A stretch of 64,000 bases of DNA from Halobacteriovoraceae bacterium (GTDB taxonomy: Bacteria; Bdellovibrionota; Bacteriovoracia; Bacteriovoracales; Bacteriovoracaceae). Under the pieces are notes generated by a model, which was given only the letters and a program-made list of their open reading frames with translations, ran no database searches and was not told the origin of the DNA. The stretch's first letter is position 1; each line of letters starts with the position of its first letter. Both the position numbers and the translations under genes were made by a program. Where the stretch lies: NCBI GenBank assembly GCA_963719505.1, contig CAVRCF010000005.1, positions 160,001-224,000 of the forward strand. Direction: 5' to 3'. This document shows positions 18,828 through 29,054 of the stretch, piece by piece.

Positions 18828-19799
18828 ATGAAAAAAAGCCAGTCAATTTTTCAAAAAGGTGGATTATCTTTAATTCTACTTTTAAGTCTTACTTTCATCT
18901 CATCAAGTGCCTTTTCAGAAGTTATCAAAATTCCTGAGTTTAAGCATACTATTTGTTTAACAAATACTGCACAGATGCAAGAGCAGAAACTGTATCTTTC
19001 ATGTAATTATCGAAATTTTTTAGAGTTCTTAACTGGTGTGCGAAACAGTGAAGTTGAAAATGTTTTGGTAAATCAATACACAGAAGACAAAAAAAATGAA
19101 TTTGGAAAAACTAACTGCTACGAGTATCTTGTACCAAGACAGAAGGTGAGAATCAGAACCCGTGGTAAATTTATGTGTAGAATGAGAATGAGAGCTACTG
19201 CGATAACAAGTGCAGGTGTCACCCACTCAACAATGGATCAAGGTCTTGATGCTTTTAATTTAACTCTTTCTGCGACTTATTTTGGTCGGGAGATCTTTGG
19301 CGTAAATGAATTAACAATGAGTGGTATTCAGGCATCTATCGAGAGTTACCAAAGGTATTCAAACGGTAAATTTTATTTCAAGCCAATGAAACATATATCC
19401 CAAGATAGAGACATATTAGGTGGGATTCAAAATCCATATACACAAAGAATGGAATACTATTCTTGTAGAGAAAAGCGAGAAGCATATGGGAACGGTATTC
19501 CAGAGATAAATATCACTGAGTATCGCGGAAAAATCATTAAAGTCGAGTCCATCCCTGGTATGACTGAGGATACTGGCGTTTATGTTCCAGAGTTTAACGA
19601 TAACAATGGTGTCCTGGTTTCGTCTAGCTCTAATGGTCTTCATAAAGAATACGTGGTGAGAGCTAAAGATACTGATGGTAGAGAATATTGCCTAAAAGTT
19701 ATCGGCTCTTTTGAAGATGGCAGAAAGATGTATATGACTGATAATTCTTGTAAGTTCGAGGAAAAGGAAAGCCTAGGCTTCTGTATTAATCCGTCATAG
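18828..19799 (+). CDS. Secreted Cys-containing hypothetical protein
   Basis: AGGAG RBS; signal peptide ending SAFS. Confidence 0.65.
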   Translation: MKKSQSIFQKGGLSLILLLSLTFISSSAFSEVIKIPEFKHTICLTNTAQMQEQKLYLSCNYRNFLEFLTGVRNSEVENVLVNQYTEDKKNEFGKTNCYEYLVPRQKVRIRTRGKFMCRMRMRATAITSAGVTHSTMDQGLDAFNLTLSATYFGREIFGVNELTMSGIQASIESYQRYSNGKFYFKPMKHISQDRDILGGIQNPYTQRMEYYSCREKREAYGNGIPEINITEYRGKIIKVESIPGMTEDTGVYVPEFNDNNGVLVSSSSNGLHKEYVVRAKDTDGREYCLKVIGSFEDGRKMYMTDNSCKFEEKESLGFCINPS

Positions 19800-19867
19800 A
19801 TATTGAGGATACATTCACGCAAACTATTAAACTTTTTTAACTACCCCAAAAATAAGGAAAAACTAAC

Positions 19868-20638
19868 ATGAAAAAAATTATTTATTTATCAATTTGTACT
19901 ATTATTCTCTCAAATACAGCTTTAGCAGCTGATCAGGATTTTATCTGTAAAAAGGTATATGAAGACAAAATAGCTAAACTTGAATGAAGCTATGGCCTGC
20001 GTCGAGCTGGAAGATTTGTAGGCTTCTCTTTAGTTGGTGCCGCAGGTGTAGGGGCTCTCGTTTTAGGTGCAACTGCAGGTGGTTTAACTCCTCTAGGCGT
20101 CGCTCTTCTTGGTGGTGGATTAGGTGCACCATTTGGTGGTTCATTGGCCTTGGATATGGAGCCGGCTAAAGATGAACAGATAAAAATGGCCTATGAAGCT
20201 CAAGGCCTAATGAGAACAAGTCATGACGAGTTAGTTGATGAGGTGAGAGCTGAGCGAGAGGGTGTACTAGCTGAAGCTATCAATACATTTGAAAGTAAGT
20301 TAACTCATGCAGGCTTTAGAAGACAGGTTGTTGCTGAGGTTAATGAGCAGAGATTTCAAAATGGTCTACCACACTTAAATGATCAAGAAGCTATTGAAGA
20401 AAGAAAAGACGAGATAGAAAGTAGTATTTTACATGGAGAAATAGTTATTCATAACTCTATTTCATATGCACTAGAAATCTCAAAAAATAAAGGTTGGTTA
20501 TCTTCAGATGCCAATTATGATGACATGAGACTTTTATTAGTTAAAAATGAAAAAGAATTTTGTCCTGAGGGCAATCTTTCTGGCAAGCCTAAAGCCCTAC
20601 GCTTAAAAAAGGTTTTAAAGAATATCCTTAAAAAATAA
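19868..20638 (+). pseudogene. Secreted glycine-zipper protein with one in-frame TGA (19985-87)
   Basis: MKKIIYLSICTIILSNTALA... continues in frame past TGA through a Gly-rich hydrophobic segment into the 20144-20638 ORF. Confidence 0.75.
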
Positions 20639-20651
20639 AATCTCAGTTCAA

Positions 20652-20686
20652 TAAAAGCCGGTAGACATTAAATCTATCGGCTTTTA
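20652..20686 (+). terminator. Rho-independent terminator
   Basis: TAAAAGCCGGTAGA...TCTATCGGCTTTTA hairpin. Confidence 0.65.
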
Positions 20687-20813
20687 TATTTCTTGGCGCC
20701 ACCATAGAAAGTCTTTGCCCTATAAATTTAACCCAGAGACTAAAAGGGTCACTATCTAGAGTCATTAAGCCCCTTTATTATCCTTAAATATTGAAAATCA
20801 CATATATTCTTCT

Positions 20814-20828
20814 TGGCATTCTTTTGGC
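20814..20828 (+). promoter_or_regulatory. Possible sigma54 promoter
   Basis: TGGCATT-N4-TGGC with correct GG-N10-GC spacing. Confidence 0.45.
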
Positions 20829-20867
20829 AACTAAGATGATTAGATATTTGTCACCAAGGAGGGTTGC

Positions 20868-20993
20868 ATGAATTTAATGAGATTGGCCTTTATTATTTCC
20901 CTTACTCTTTCACTTGATCTTAAGGCTTCTGATGAGAACTTTACGATTAAAGAGACACAAGTTCAGACTGTAAAATACTGGGTGATTGATTAG
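20868..20993 (+). CDS. Small secreted-type peptide (41 aa)
   Basis: AAGGAGG RBS; MNLMRLAFIISLTLSLDLKASDENFTIKETQVQTVKYWVID. Confidence 0.5.
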   Translation: MNLMRLAFIISLTLSLDLKASDENFTIKETQVQTVKYWVID

Positions 20994-21069
20994 TTGATTG
21001 TTTTAGTATTTTAGTTTAAGGATTTTTTAATATTACTTAAAAAATAAGCTAAATATCCGATAAGTCGAT

Positions 21070-22413
21070 GTGAAGCTTTTTATTCAATTAATATTCATTT
21101 TATCATCTCAGTATTCTATGGCCCAGGATCTTCAAAGCGTAGTGAAAGATTCTGATATGGTTTTAAAAAGTTTATCCAATATTCAAAACTGGAGCGCTAA
21201 TTGCTCTGATGGCCCAGATGCAATTAAAAATAAAGCCACCAATACTTATGATTGTGCCTGTGATGAAAGTAAAGATCGCGAACAAGAATATGTGGTCGTC
21301 CCAAAAGAGCATAAGCTTAATACAAAACATGGAATAAGACTTATTGGTGTCAATACAAAGTTTAAAGTGGTCAATGAAAATCATATCGCTCATTACCTAG
21401 GTGTTGAGGGAGATGATCGTGGTAATACATTTGGTGGAGACATAGGCATCGGTGCCCAGTTTAAAACATCTAAGAATAGAATACGAGTAGGTCTTGATTA
21501 TAAACTTCGTCAATACACTCTTCCCATCGAGGGATATACATTAATCAATAAAGAAAAAGATCAGTTACAAGTCTTTGCAAGAGATCGTGACAATGGGACA
21601 TTCCACCTCGATACACGGACAAGAAGGGAACTTCAAAAAGAATATGGATCAGAAGAATTTTTAAAAAACCAAGCTTCTGTTACGATGGATATTCTTGAAG
21701 TCGACATGGTGATTGAAAGACCAAAAAGTAAAAATGGTATAGGCCTTGAATATGGAATTGGTGTGGGTTATAAAACCTTAGATGACTCTACCGACCAGCT
21801 CGGGGCCAATATTCAAGACAACCATCACAGTAGTCAGAAAATTTATCGCTTTGAATGGGATAGTTTCTCGAACCTTTTAATTGGTGGTAAAGAAAATTAT
21901 CTGACTTTGAGACCTAAAGCTAAAATAAACTTTCCTGACCTTACTCATGGTATATGTACTTTAAAATCAAGCACCGAGTTTTCAGTGCTCTTTAATACTC
22001 CCATTCAAAAATCATCGCCCAATTATTCACTCAACACGGTTGAGCCAAGCTTTCGCTCCAGTTTTGAAGTAGGACTTATCCCCCTAAAGAAAAATAAAGA
22101 TAACTCTGTCTTTGAGCTCTATGCCAACTATGCCTATGACCCAAATAATCGATTACCAACAAACACTGATCCTGGAAATAAGTCACTTTTAACGACGGGC
22201 CTTAAAATAAATGGAAACTTAGGGAAGAGAACAAGCTTCTACATTATTCCGATTGAATTTTTCATTCCTATGGGAAAGAAAGATGAAAAGAATATTTTAG
22301 GAAAAGACTTTTTGGAGGTTGATGGTCAATACATCAAAGCTAAAGAGCTTGACCGAGATGTGCTAGGAACATGGGGCGAAGTTGGCCTTACTTATCGAAT
22401 AAGAAAAAATTAG
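21070..22413 (+). CDS. Secreted / outer-membrane beta-barrel-like hypothetical protein
   Basis: Signal peptide; amphipathic strands; ends GEVGLTYRI. Confidence 0.55.
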   Translation: MKLFIQLIFILSSQYSMAQDLQSVVKDSDMVLKSLSNIQNWSANCSDGPDAIKNKATNTYDCACDESKDREQEYVVVPKEHKLNTKHGIRLIGVNTKFKVVNENHIAHYLGVEGDDRGNTFGGDIGIGAQFKTSKNRIRVGLDYKLRQYTLPIEGYTLINKEKDQLQVFARDRDNGTFHLDTRTRRELQKEYGSEEFLKNQASVTMDILEVDMVIERPKSKNGIGLEYGIGVGYKTLDDSTDQLGANIQDNHHSSQKIYRFEWDSFSNLLIGGKENYLTLRPKAKINFPDLTHGICTLKSSTEFSVLFNTPIQKSSPNYSLNTVEPSFRSSFEVGLIPLKKNKDNSVFELYANYAYDPNNRLPTNTDPGNKSLLTTGLKINGNLGKRTSFYIIPIEFFIPMGKKDEKNILGKDFLEVDGQYIKAKELDRDVLGTWGEVGLTYRIRKN

Positions 22414-23552
22414 TTTTTCTCCAAATGCTTAAGCACCGCAACTATAGGCTCCAGCATATCAAAACCAAGTTTCTGGCTTCTTTCTCCACTCCATCCAAAC
22501 TCATGAGAGGGATGATTCTTATTGTCTTTAAAAGGCATCTCAAGCGTATAGGCCATGCAGCCAAATCTATTGGCGATTGCTGTGGTCGCTATGCTCAGAT
22601 TTCCTTGTCCTGGTTTAGACAGGGGATACCCAAACTCAGTTTGAAACTCTTTAGTGGCTTTTAGAAAAGCATCTTTAAAAATGGTTTCTTGTTTTGCAAT
22701 GTCATCGGTATAAGTTGGATTTCCTTCACTTCCTGCAACAAAATTATAAGGAAGGTTTTCATCTCCGTGAATATCTAAAAACAAATCAACGCCAATCTTA
22801 TCCATCTCGGCTCTTGTGTAAAAAACCTCGGGACCAGTTTCTAGGCTTGGTTCTTTCCATTCTCTATTGAGGTTAGTCCCTTTAGCGTTGGTTCTCAGGT
22901 GCCCTCTAAAAGAGCCGTCTGGATTCATATTGGGAATAATATAAAAGTTGGCTTTAGCTAAAGCCTCTGTCGTCAAGCTATCATTTTTGTCAAGGAGTCG
23001 ATTGAGAAAACCTTCAACGAACCACTCGGCCATGGTTTCACCTGGGTGCTGCCTTGCTATCATCCAAACATTTAATTTCTTTGTGTCAGAGCCAACTTTT
23101 AAAAGATCGATATCTCTGTTATCAAAAGTTTTTCCAATTGATTTTAAAGAACAATTCTCAAAGCTTTGAGAATGAGCGATTAAATCGAGATGCCTTTCAT
23201 GACTATAGGGAGTGAAATAAGACAAATAGAATGAATCGTGTTGGGGGGTATGACTTATCTCTAATTCTTCTCCATCAAAGACTGTATCGACTCTAAACCA
23301 ATTTTTTCTATCGTAAGAGCAGACGGCTCTGTATTCCTTCCACCCCGGAGGGTAGGAGCTATCTTTGGCATTGATAATTTTTAAGGTATGGGGAGTATTC
23401 TTTGTTGAGGTTACTCTAAAGTAGAACCACTGAAAAAACTCAGATTGATGGTCTTTATTTATCTCAAGAGTAATCTTGTTGGCGTCGTCACAATTGATCA
23501 CCTTTATATTACCACCGTCAAAGTCTGATGAAATCTGTATGTCTTTTTGCAT
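22410..23552 (-). CDS. M14 cytosolic carboxypeptidase (CCP/Nna1-like)
   Basis: SDFDGGNI, QWFYF, ARQHPGE, NPDG, NLNR, DIHG and TLEMPF. Confidence 0.92.
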   Translation of the reverse strand: MQKDIQISSDFDGGNIKVINCDDANKITLEINKDHQSEFFQWFYFRVTSTKNTPHTLKIINAKDSSYPPGWKEYRAVCSYDRKNWFRVDTVFDGEELEISHTPQHDSFYLSYFTPYSHERHLDLIAHSQSFENCSLKSIGKTFDNRDIDLLKVGSDTKKLNVWMIARQHPGETMAEWFVEGFLNRLLDKNDSLTTEALAKANFYIIPNMNPDGSFRGHLRTNAKGTNLNREWKEPSLETGPEVFYTRAEMDKIGVDLFLDIHGDENLPYNFVAGSEGNPTYTDDIAKQETIFKDAFLKATKEFQTEFGYPLSKPGQGNLSIATTAIANRFGCMAYTLEMPFKDNKNHPSHEFGWSGERSQKLGFDMLEPIVAVLKHLEKN

Positions 23553-23640
23553 GTTAATTCTCCTTTTGCGTTAGTATAATTCTTCTGCTCTATTAATTCA
23601 CCTTTAAATTGCCCATCATTGGAATTTTACTTATACTCCT

Positions 23641-24081
23641 GTGATGAGTGATCTTTATGAATTTGTTTTAAAGCGTACGGCCAATATTTCTGACATTACT
23701 TGTCGAAAGCTCTATGGATTGGACGCTTTTTATATTAGTGATAAGCCTTTTATTGTGATTTCTGCAAAGGATCAGATTATTGTCAAAGTAGAGGATTTTG
23801 AAGTTAGAAAGAGTCTTCAAAAAATACCAAATATAGAGCTTTGGAAGTTAGGTTCTAAAATTATGGAAGACTGGTTTGTCCTTCCTGAAACTTATAATAA
23901 AAAGAAAAATAAACTCTCTCCTGTTATAGAGATGACGGCAAAAGTTCTTCTCAATCCAAAGAAAAAGCCCAAGAAAAAGAAAGTAAAATCTAAAAAAATT
24001 CAAATGACACCCAAAAGAGAATCTAAAGTCAAAGAAGATGAACCGTTTTTAAAAAAGCTCTTTAAAAAAATATTCAAATAA
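23641..24081 (+). CDS. TfoX/Sxy N-terminal-like protein
   Basis: ITCRKLYGLDAFYISDKPF resembles the TfoX_N R-K-M-F-G motif. Confidence 0.5.
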   Translation: MMSDLYEFVLKRTANISDITCRKLYGLDAFYISDKPFIVISAKDQIIVKVEDFEVRKSLQKIPNIELWKLGSKIMEDWFVLPETYNKKKNKLSPVIEMTAKVLLNPKKKPKKKKVKSKKIQMTPKRESKVKEDEPFLKKLFKKIFK

Positions 24082-24236
24082 GTCGAATAGGCGCTTTTTA
24101 TTGATGCGTAAAGCACAGGTGCTCAGTTTTATTCTTCTTTGCCTAGACAAAGGTTAGTTGTGTAGCGTTTGAGGTATAAAGATATTTGCGTCTTAACTAT
24201 CCTTTGGTGGTTATTAATGAATCAAAAGGAATAGTG

Positions 24237-24917
24237 ATGAAAAAGAAAGTTTTAGTTTTTTTAACCAATCATGCCACACTTGGAGAAGAGAAAGAGAAGA
24301 ATGGAACCTATCTGGCCGAACTGACTCATGCAGTAGAGGAGTTTAGCAAAGCAGATATTGGTTATGATCTCGTTTCTATTGACGGTGGTAGTGCTCCAAT
24401 TTATGGACATGAAGATGCGGATAATAAAGATCCTATGAATGAGAAGTACCTGTCTGACGAAGAATTTATGTCAAAGCTTAATAATACTCATAAAGCTTCA
24501 GATATTAAAGCATCCAACTACGATGCTGTCTTCTATCCAGGGGGATATGGACTTCTCTACGATCTCGCTAAAAATGAAGAGGTTGCAAATATCACAAAAG
24601 GTCTTTATGAAAACAATAAGACAGTGGCCGCTGTTTGCCATGGTCCGGGTGGACTTCTTCCTATTGTTCTCTCAAATGGTAAATCGATTCTTGATGGTAA
24701 ACATATTACAGGTTTTACGAGGGAGGAGGAGATAGCATTTGGTACTATTGATAAGATTCCTTATCTTTTAGAGGAGAGTCTAATGCACAAGGCTTATAAG
24801 TACTCAAAGCTTCAACCTGGTGTTGAGCATGTTATTGTCGATGGGCATTTGATTACTGGTCAAAACCCTTCTTCAGCCGGCGCTGTTGGAAGAGAAATCG
24901 TTAAACAACTTCAATAG
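24237..24917 (+). CDS. DJ-1/PfpI (Hsp31-like) type 1 glutamine amidotransferase domain protein
   Basis: YPGGYG, AVCHG, ITGF and ITGQNPSS. Confidence 0.92.
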   Translation: MKKKVLVFLTNHATLGEEKEKNGTYLAELTHAVEEFSKADIGYDLVSIDGGSAPIYGHEDADNKDPMNEKYLSDEEFMSKLNNTHKASDIKASNYDAVFYPGGYGLLYDLAKNEEVANITKGLYENNKTVAAVCHGPGGLLPIVLSNGKSILDGKHITGFTREEEIAFGTIDKIPYLLEESLMHKAYKYSKLQPGVEHVIVDGHLITGQNPSSAGAVGREIVKQLQ

Positions 24918-24924
24918 TATAATT

Positions 24925-24956
24925 TTTGCTCATATCTTATTTGAGGATATGAGCAA
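24925..24956. terminator. Bidirectional terminator hairpin
   Basis: TTGCTCATATC...GATATGAGCAA between convergent genes. Confidence 0.7.
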
Positions 24957-25751
24957 TTAAAATTTAATCACAGCTGCTCTTGAACCTATGACAACATTTT
25001 GTAGGTTTTCAATCATGCCCTGTCTTATCAAACTTTTTGTTGGAACAGTGATGATATTTGAAAGAATGTATTGTGTAACTAAGGTTTCATTTGCATTTTG
25101 ATATTCATAAATAATAAGGGCACTGGCCATTTTAGCGGTCCTAAAAAACATCACTCTTCCAAAGCTGTCTTGTTGCATAAATGAGACTTTCATTTTTCCC
25201 TCAGTCATCTTTTTAGGGTCAATTTGTTTCATTATCTTCAACTTTGGATCATCTGCTTTTAGAAAACGAACTGAAACATTAAAATCGGGAGTCATAAAAG
25301 ATCCCCCTACATGAAAGCCGTTAACAATCTTTGTGACTTCGTATTGGGGAAGAGTTTGTTGAAGGTACTCTTTACTTGTAAATTTATCTTCATCGACTTT
25401 CTCTATAGAAATAGGGAGAAGGTAGCTAAATTTAGAAACTGCTAAATAGTGCTCCTCTTTAGGTTCCCACAGATTCTCTACATCTAGAGGTAGGAAAAAG
25501 TCTGCTATGACGGAAGCCTTGGTTTTTGATTGCTCGGCGGTGAGATTTTTAAAATGCAGGCTTCCGTCTTTCTCTACTTGTTTTAAAAGAGTATAGAAAT
25601 ACTGAAAGTCTCCCTCTCTTAGGGAATCAAGCTTTATTTGATAGTCAAGTTTGTCTTCAAGGAGGGCTTCATTGTCTTTTGCCAAGACTCCAAAGGAGAG
25701 TAATAATAAAAGGAGCGAAGCCCATGAGAAATGTGATTCTTTATCTTTCAT
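24957..25751 (-). CDS. Secreted hypothetical protein
   Basis: Signal peptide; in operon with the desaturase. Confidence 0.6.
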   Translation of the reverse strand: MKDKESHFSWASLLLLLLSFGVLAKDNEALLEDKLDYQIKLDSLREGDFQYFYTLLKQVEKDGSLHFKNLTAEQSKTKASVIADFFLPLDVENLWEPKEEHYLAVSKFSYLLPISIEKVDEDKFTSKEYLQQTLPQYEVTKIVNGFHVGGSFMTPDFNVSVRFLKADDPKLKIMKQIDPKKMTEGKMKVSFMQQDSFGRVMFFRTAKMASALIIYEYQNANETLVTQYILSNIITVPTKSLIRQGMIENLQNVVIGSRAAVIKF

Positions 25752-25754
25752 AGT

Positions 25755-26447
25755 TTAATACTTTTTGCTTTCTGTTCCCATCCACTTATCCCAAAAAGTG
25801 AAATAGAGTCCATAGTTTGTCTTAAATTCTTTGTGGTGGAGCGCGTGGTGTGAAGCCCCGATAAGTTGATTAAAGGGAAATGTATGTCTAAAAAATTTGG
25901 GATAGATTTCGTGGTTAAGATGATTAATGGTTGCCGACACACTCATGAGTGTGAGGAGAAAAATGATGCTGTAAAGGTGCAGAGGCACTACTAAAACAAT
26001 GAGATAAAAAGGAAGCACCTGAAAGAGAGTTTCTAGGGGATCAAAGGCGAAAGCTGTCCAGGAGGAGACTTCAACTGAATCGTGGTGACCTTTGTGCAAA
26101 AGGCGATAGAGTTTTTTATGGTGCATGATTCTATGAAGCCAATAATAGTATGTTTCATGGATAAACATAGCAGCGGCTATACTCAAAGGATGATACCAAA
26201 GGGGATAGCTAGTATCCGCCAAATTAATTTTACCGTTTAACCAAAGAGCATAGAATCCTGCGAATGAGAGTCCAAAAATGATTGATGAATAAAGAGAGAG
26301 GATAATTTCCTTTTTTCTTTGATTCTCGGGACGCTTAAAAACAAAAATCTTTTGATGTTTAGAGTTTTTTACCACTTTTTCAACAATGATACTCAATATT
26401 ATGTAGCGGATGAAAATGGCTGTGATGAGGATGAGAGCGACTATCAT
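25755..26447 (-). CDS. Sterol desaturase / fatty acid hydroxylase family
   Basis: His boxes HRIMH, HKGHH, NHLN and HHALHH; NYG...FWD. Confidence 0.92.
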   Translation of the reverse strand: MIVALILITAIFIRYIILSIIVEKVVKNSKHQKIFVFKRPENQRKKEIILSLYSSIIFGLSFAGFYALWLNGKINLADTSYPLWYHPLSIAAAMFIHETYYYWLHRIMHHKKLYRLLHKGHHDSVEVSSWTAFAFDPLETLFQVLPFYLIVLVVPLHLYSIIFLLTLMSVSATINHLNHEIYPKFFRHTFPFNQLIGASHHALHHKEFKTNYGLYFTFWDKWMGTESKKY

Positions 26448-26448
26448 A

Positions 26449-26853
26449 TTAAAACTGTTTGAGCTCTATATTGACTTTATTATTAACTTTTCGGACTTTA
26501 AATTTAGCGTTTTCAAATGAAGGAGGGCCCATTACTCCCAAGACATTATTTGAAAAACCAAAAGCTTCTTTAGGAATACTGATGAAGTTCGTGTCCAATT
26601 TCTTGTTCTCATTTTCATCATGAAAAAGAGAAATAGCGTAGTCACCTTCTGGAAGATCGATTTTATACGGAAAACTCTTGATAGATATAAAATCTTTGAA
26701 AATAGCCTTCTTCGCCTTATCAGGAAATCCTATCTCTGAATTAAAGATTACGATTCCAACACTTCCAAGATCTGACGGCTTTTTAGACAAATCAATTTCT
26801 AAGTCATAGCTATGACTCAATGTGCTTAAAACGATCAAAAAAAGATATTTCAT
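26449..26853 (-). CDS. DUF2141 family protein
   Basis: GDYAISLFHDENENKKLD...PKEAFGFSNN...GPPSF. Confidence 0.9.
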   Translation of the reverse strand: MKYLFLIVLSTLSHSYDLEIDLSKKPSDLGSVGIVIFNSEIGFPDKAKKAIFKDFISIKSFPYKIDLPEGDYAISLFHDENENKKLDTNFISIPKEAFGFSNNVLGVMGPPSFENAKFKVRKVNNKVNIELKQF

Positions 26854-27033
26854 GGGAAATTCTTATCAAATGGGGCTTCAAATGAAAACTCCAAAAGTAG
26901 ACACAAGCAACGGGGGCCAATGGTCTGTCTCTTTTCAACTGTACCCTTGAAAATAATTCATAGTATAAGCGTTGTCTTGGTAAAAATGAAAGTAAGTGCG
27001 TTATATATGGAAAAATTTAAAAACGGGGTATAT

Positions 27034-27840
27034 ATGATCAAATTATTCATGATTCTAATCGTGTCTTCTACTATTGCTTCGGCATCTGAGTGTGAAAATC
27101 TTTATGAGCAAAGAGGGGAGAGTCTCCAAACAACACTAGAGGCCTTTGAGTGTTTTGAAAAAGCTAATGAAGGTGTCTCGGATCAGTTTGAAAAGTCAAA
27201 GAACCTCAATAAAATGGCCTATTTGAAATTCTTCCAAGGCTCTTTTTATGAAAACGATTCCTTAAATGTTCTATACAAATCTTTCTCCTTGGTCCAAGAT
27301 TCTATCAAGTTATTTGGTCCACTTTTTAATAGAGACGCCATTGAAGTCTTAACACAAGATCAAATAGAAGAAGTGGCCCTCTCGTATTATCTGTATGGAA
27401 CTTCGGTATCTAAATATGTTGATTTAAAGGGAAAATGGGAAGCGATCAAGAGAATGTCTGAGATCAAAAATACCATGAAAATGATTCTCTCTCTCAAGCA
27501 GCCAAGCACGTTTCATTTTGGCGCTTATAGAACACTTGCTATTTTCAATTTGAAAGTTCCAAAAATTGCTGGGGGAAGCCTCGCGCGCTCTAAAATGTTT
27601 TTTGAAAAGTTAATGGAAGAAAGTAAAACCTCTCTAGGGGTTATCTCTTATCCTGTAGGACATATCTTTTATGCTGAATATTTAATTAAAACAGGAAACA
27701 AGCAAAGTGCCTGTGCAGAGTTAAACCTGGTTAAATCTTTAACTGATGAACAAATTGAAGCAAATTTTAAAGATCTTGTTTATGAGACCAAAAAAGATAG
27801 AGAAGTCGCAAAAGAGACATTTGAGAACTACTCTTGCTAA
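27034..27840 (+). CDS. Secreted TPR protein, TRAP TatT-like
   Basis: Signal peptide; GAYRTLA....VPKIAGGSLARSK.FFEK motif. Confidence 0.6.
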   Translation: MIKLFMILIVSSTIASASECENLYEQRGESLQTTLEAFECFEKANEGVSDQFEKSKNLNKMAYLKFFQGSFYENDSLNVLYKSFSLVQDSIKLFGPLFNRDAIEVLTQDQIEEVALSYYLYGTSVSKYVDLKGKWEAIKRMSEIKNTMKMILSLKQPSTFHFGAYRTLAIFNLKVPKIAGGSLARSKMFFEKLMEESKTSLGVISYPVGHIFYAEYLIKTGNKQSACAELNLVKSLTDEQIEANFKDLVYETKKDREVAKETFENYSC

Positions 27841-29054
27841 AATTTTTACTTCTTTTATCTCTTTTTAATGTCGCCAACGCCAAAGAGGTTTTGTCTTCAT
27901 ATAATTTTTTGGCAAATGATCTGTTGCCCCAAGGTGTCTTTACCTTTGGCTATAATAGAGGGCGCACATCAGTCATCACCAACCGTTACAATGATAATGG
28001 TAGAAGAATAACGAATGATGCTTGGAACTCCAGAGATTTAAGCTTTAATGATCTGGTTGAATCATCAAAAGACAAAACGGATAAAGTTTTATCCTCATCA
28101 GCTTTTAAAGCTTTTGGTGTTGAGCTCGATTCTCAAGCGGGGAGTGTTGAAAATAATTTAAATGTTAATACTTCTTCTGAAGTCTTTGTCTTGGGGTATG
28201 GGATTAATAAGAAATCAAACTTCTTTATTATTATACCCACGGTAAATGTAAGTTTTGATATAGAAAGTACTTTTAAGGCTTCAGATTCTTACAATAAACT
28301 TATCGGAGATTTAAGAAATAGCGGCCAGGCCCAAAAAGCGGACTACTTAGAACAGGTCAAAAGAGCCCCGTTAAAGACACGACTAAATGATAACGGACAG
28401 AGGCTTCCAACTGATATTAACTCTATCTCAAATATCTATCTCAATTATAGAAGACAGTTTGATGGCCTTATATCTGACACCTTTGCGATTATCCCTTATG
28501 GATACAAATATAAAACTTCTGATTTTATCGATTTTAGACTCAATGATAACTCTTTGGGGATCAAGCAAGGTCTTGGCTACGATTACTATTTAAATAAAAG
28601 TTCAATTTTAGGTCTCTATGGTAGTTACCACTATAGGTCCCCTTTTAAGATGGACTATAGGATCCCAAGAACACAAAACGATCCCATGTCTTCAGACGTA
28701 GAAGAAGATGTTAATATCAAATACGGTGATCAGGTCGATATGTCGACTCAGTTTGCTTATAAGTGGAATTCTCTTTTAGGCAATTATATTAATTTTAGGT
28801 ATCTCTATTCTTTTCAAGACAGTTATCAGGGGTCAAGGTTTGGGCAAGAACGATATGAGCTCCTTGAAAGAGAGACCGATTCAAAATCTTTAAGTGCACA
28901 GGTGGGCCTCACAATTAATACGATCTCCTCCTTTATAGCCAAAAAGTTTATTCTACCGATTGACTTTAATATTCAATATTCAAAAACTCTTTATGCTCAA
29001 AATTCTTTTGATGCGGATTGGGTCTCTTTGAATCTGATGGTGTTTTACAAATGA
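27834..29054 (+). CDS. Outer-membrane beta-barrel-like hypothetical protein
   Basis: Signal peptide; C-terminal VSLNLMVFY strand. Confidence 0.55.
   Translation: MLKFLLLLSLFNVANAKEVLSSYNFLANDLLPQGVFTFGYNRGRTSVITNRYNDNGRRITNDAWNSRDLSFNDLVESSKDKTDKVLSSSAFKAFGVELDSQAGSVENNLNVNTSSEVFVLGYGINKKSNFFIIIPTVNVSFDIESTFKASDSYNKLIGDLRNSGQAQKADYLEQVKRAPLKTRLNDNGQRLPTDINSISNIYLNYRRQFDGLISDTFAIIPYGYKYKTSDFIDFRLNDNSLGIKQGLGYDYYLNKSSILGLYGSYHYRSPFKMDYRIPRTQNDPMSSDVEEDVNIKYGDQVDMSTQFAYKWNSLLGNYINFRYLYSFQDSYQGSRFGQERYELLERETDSKSLSAQVGLTINTISSFIAKKFILPIDFNIQYSKTLYAQNSFDADWVSLNLMVFYK

Noticed and set aside
19984-20169. 61-aa Arg/Trp-rich ORF as an antimicrobial peptide
   Set aside because: Shadow frame of the glycine-zipper gene.
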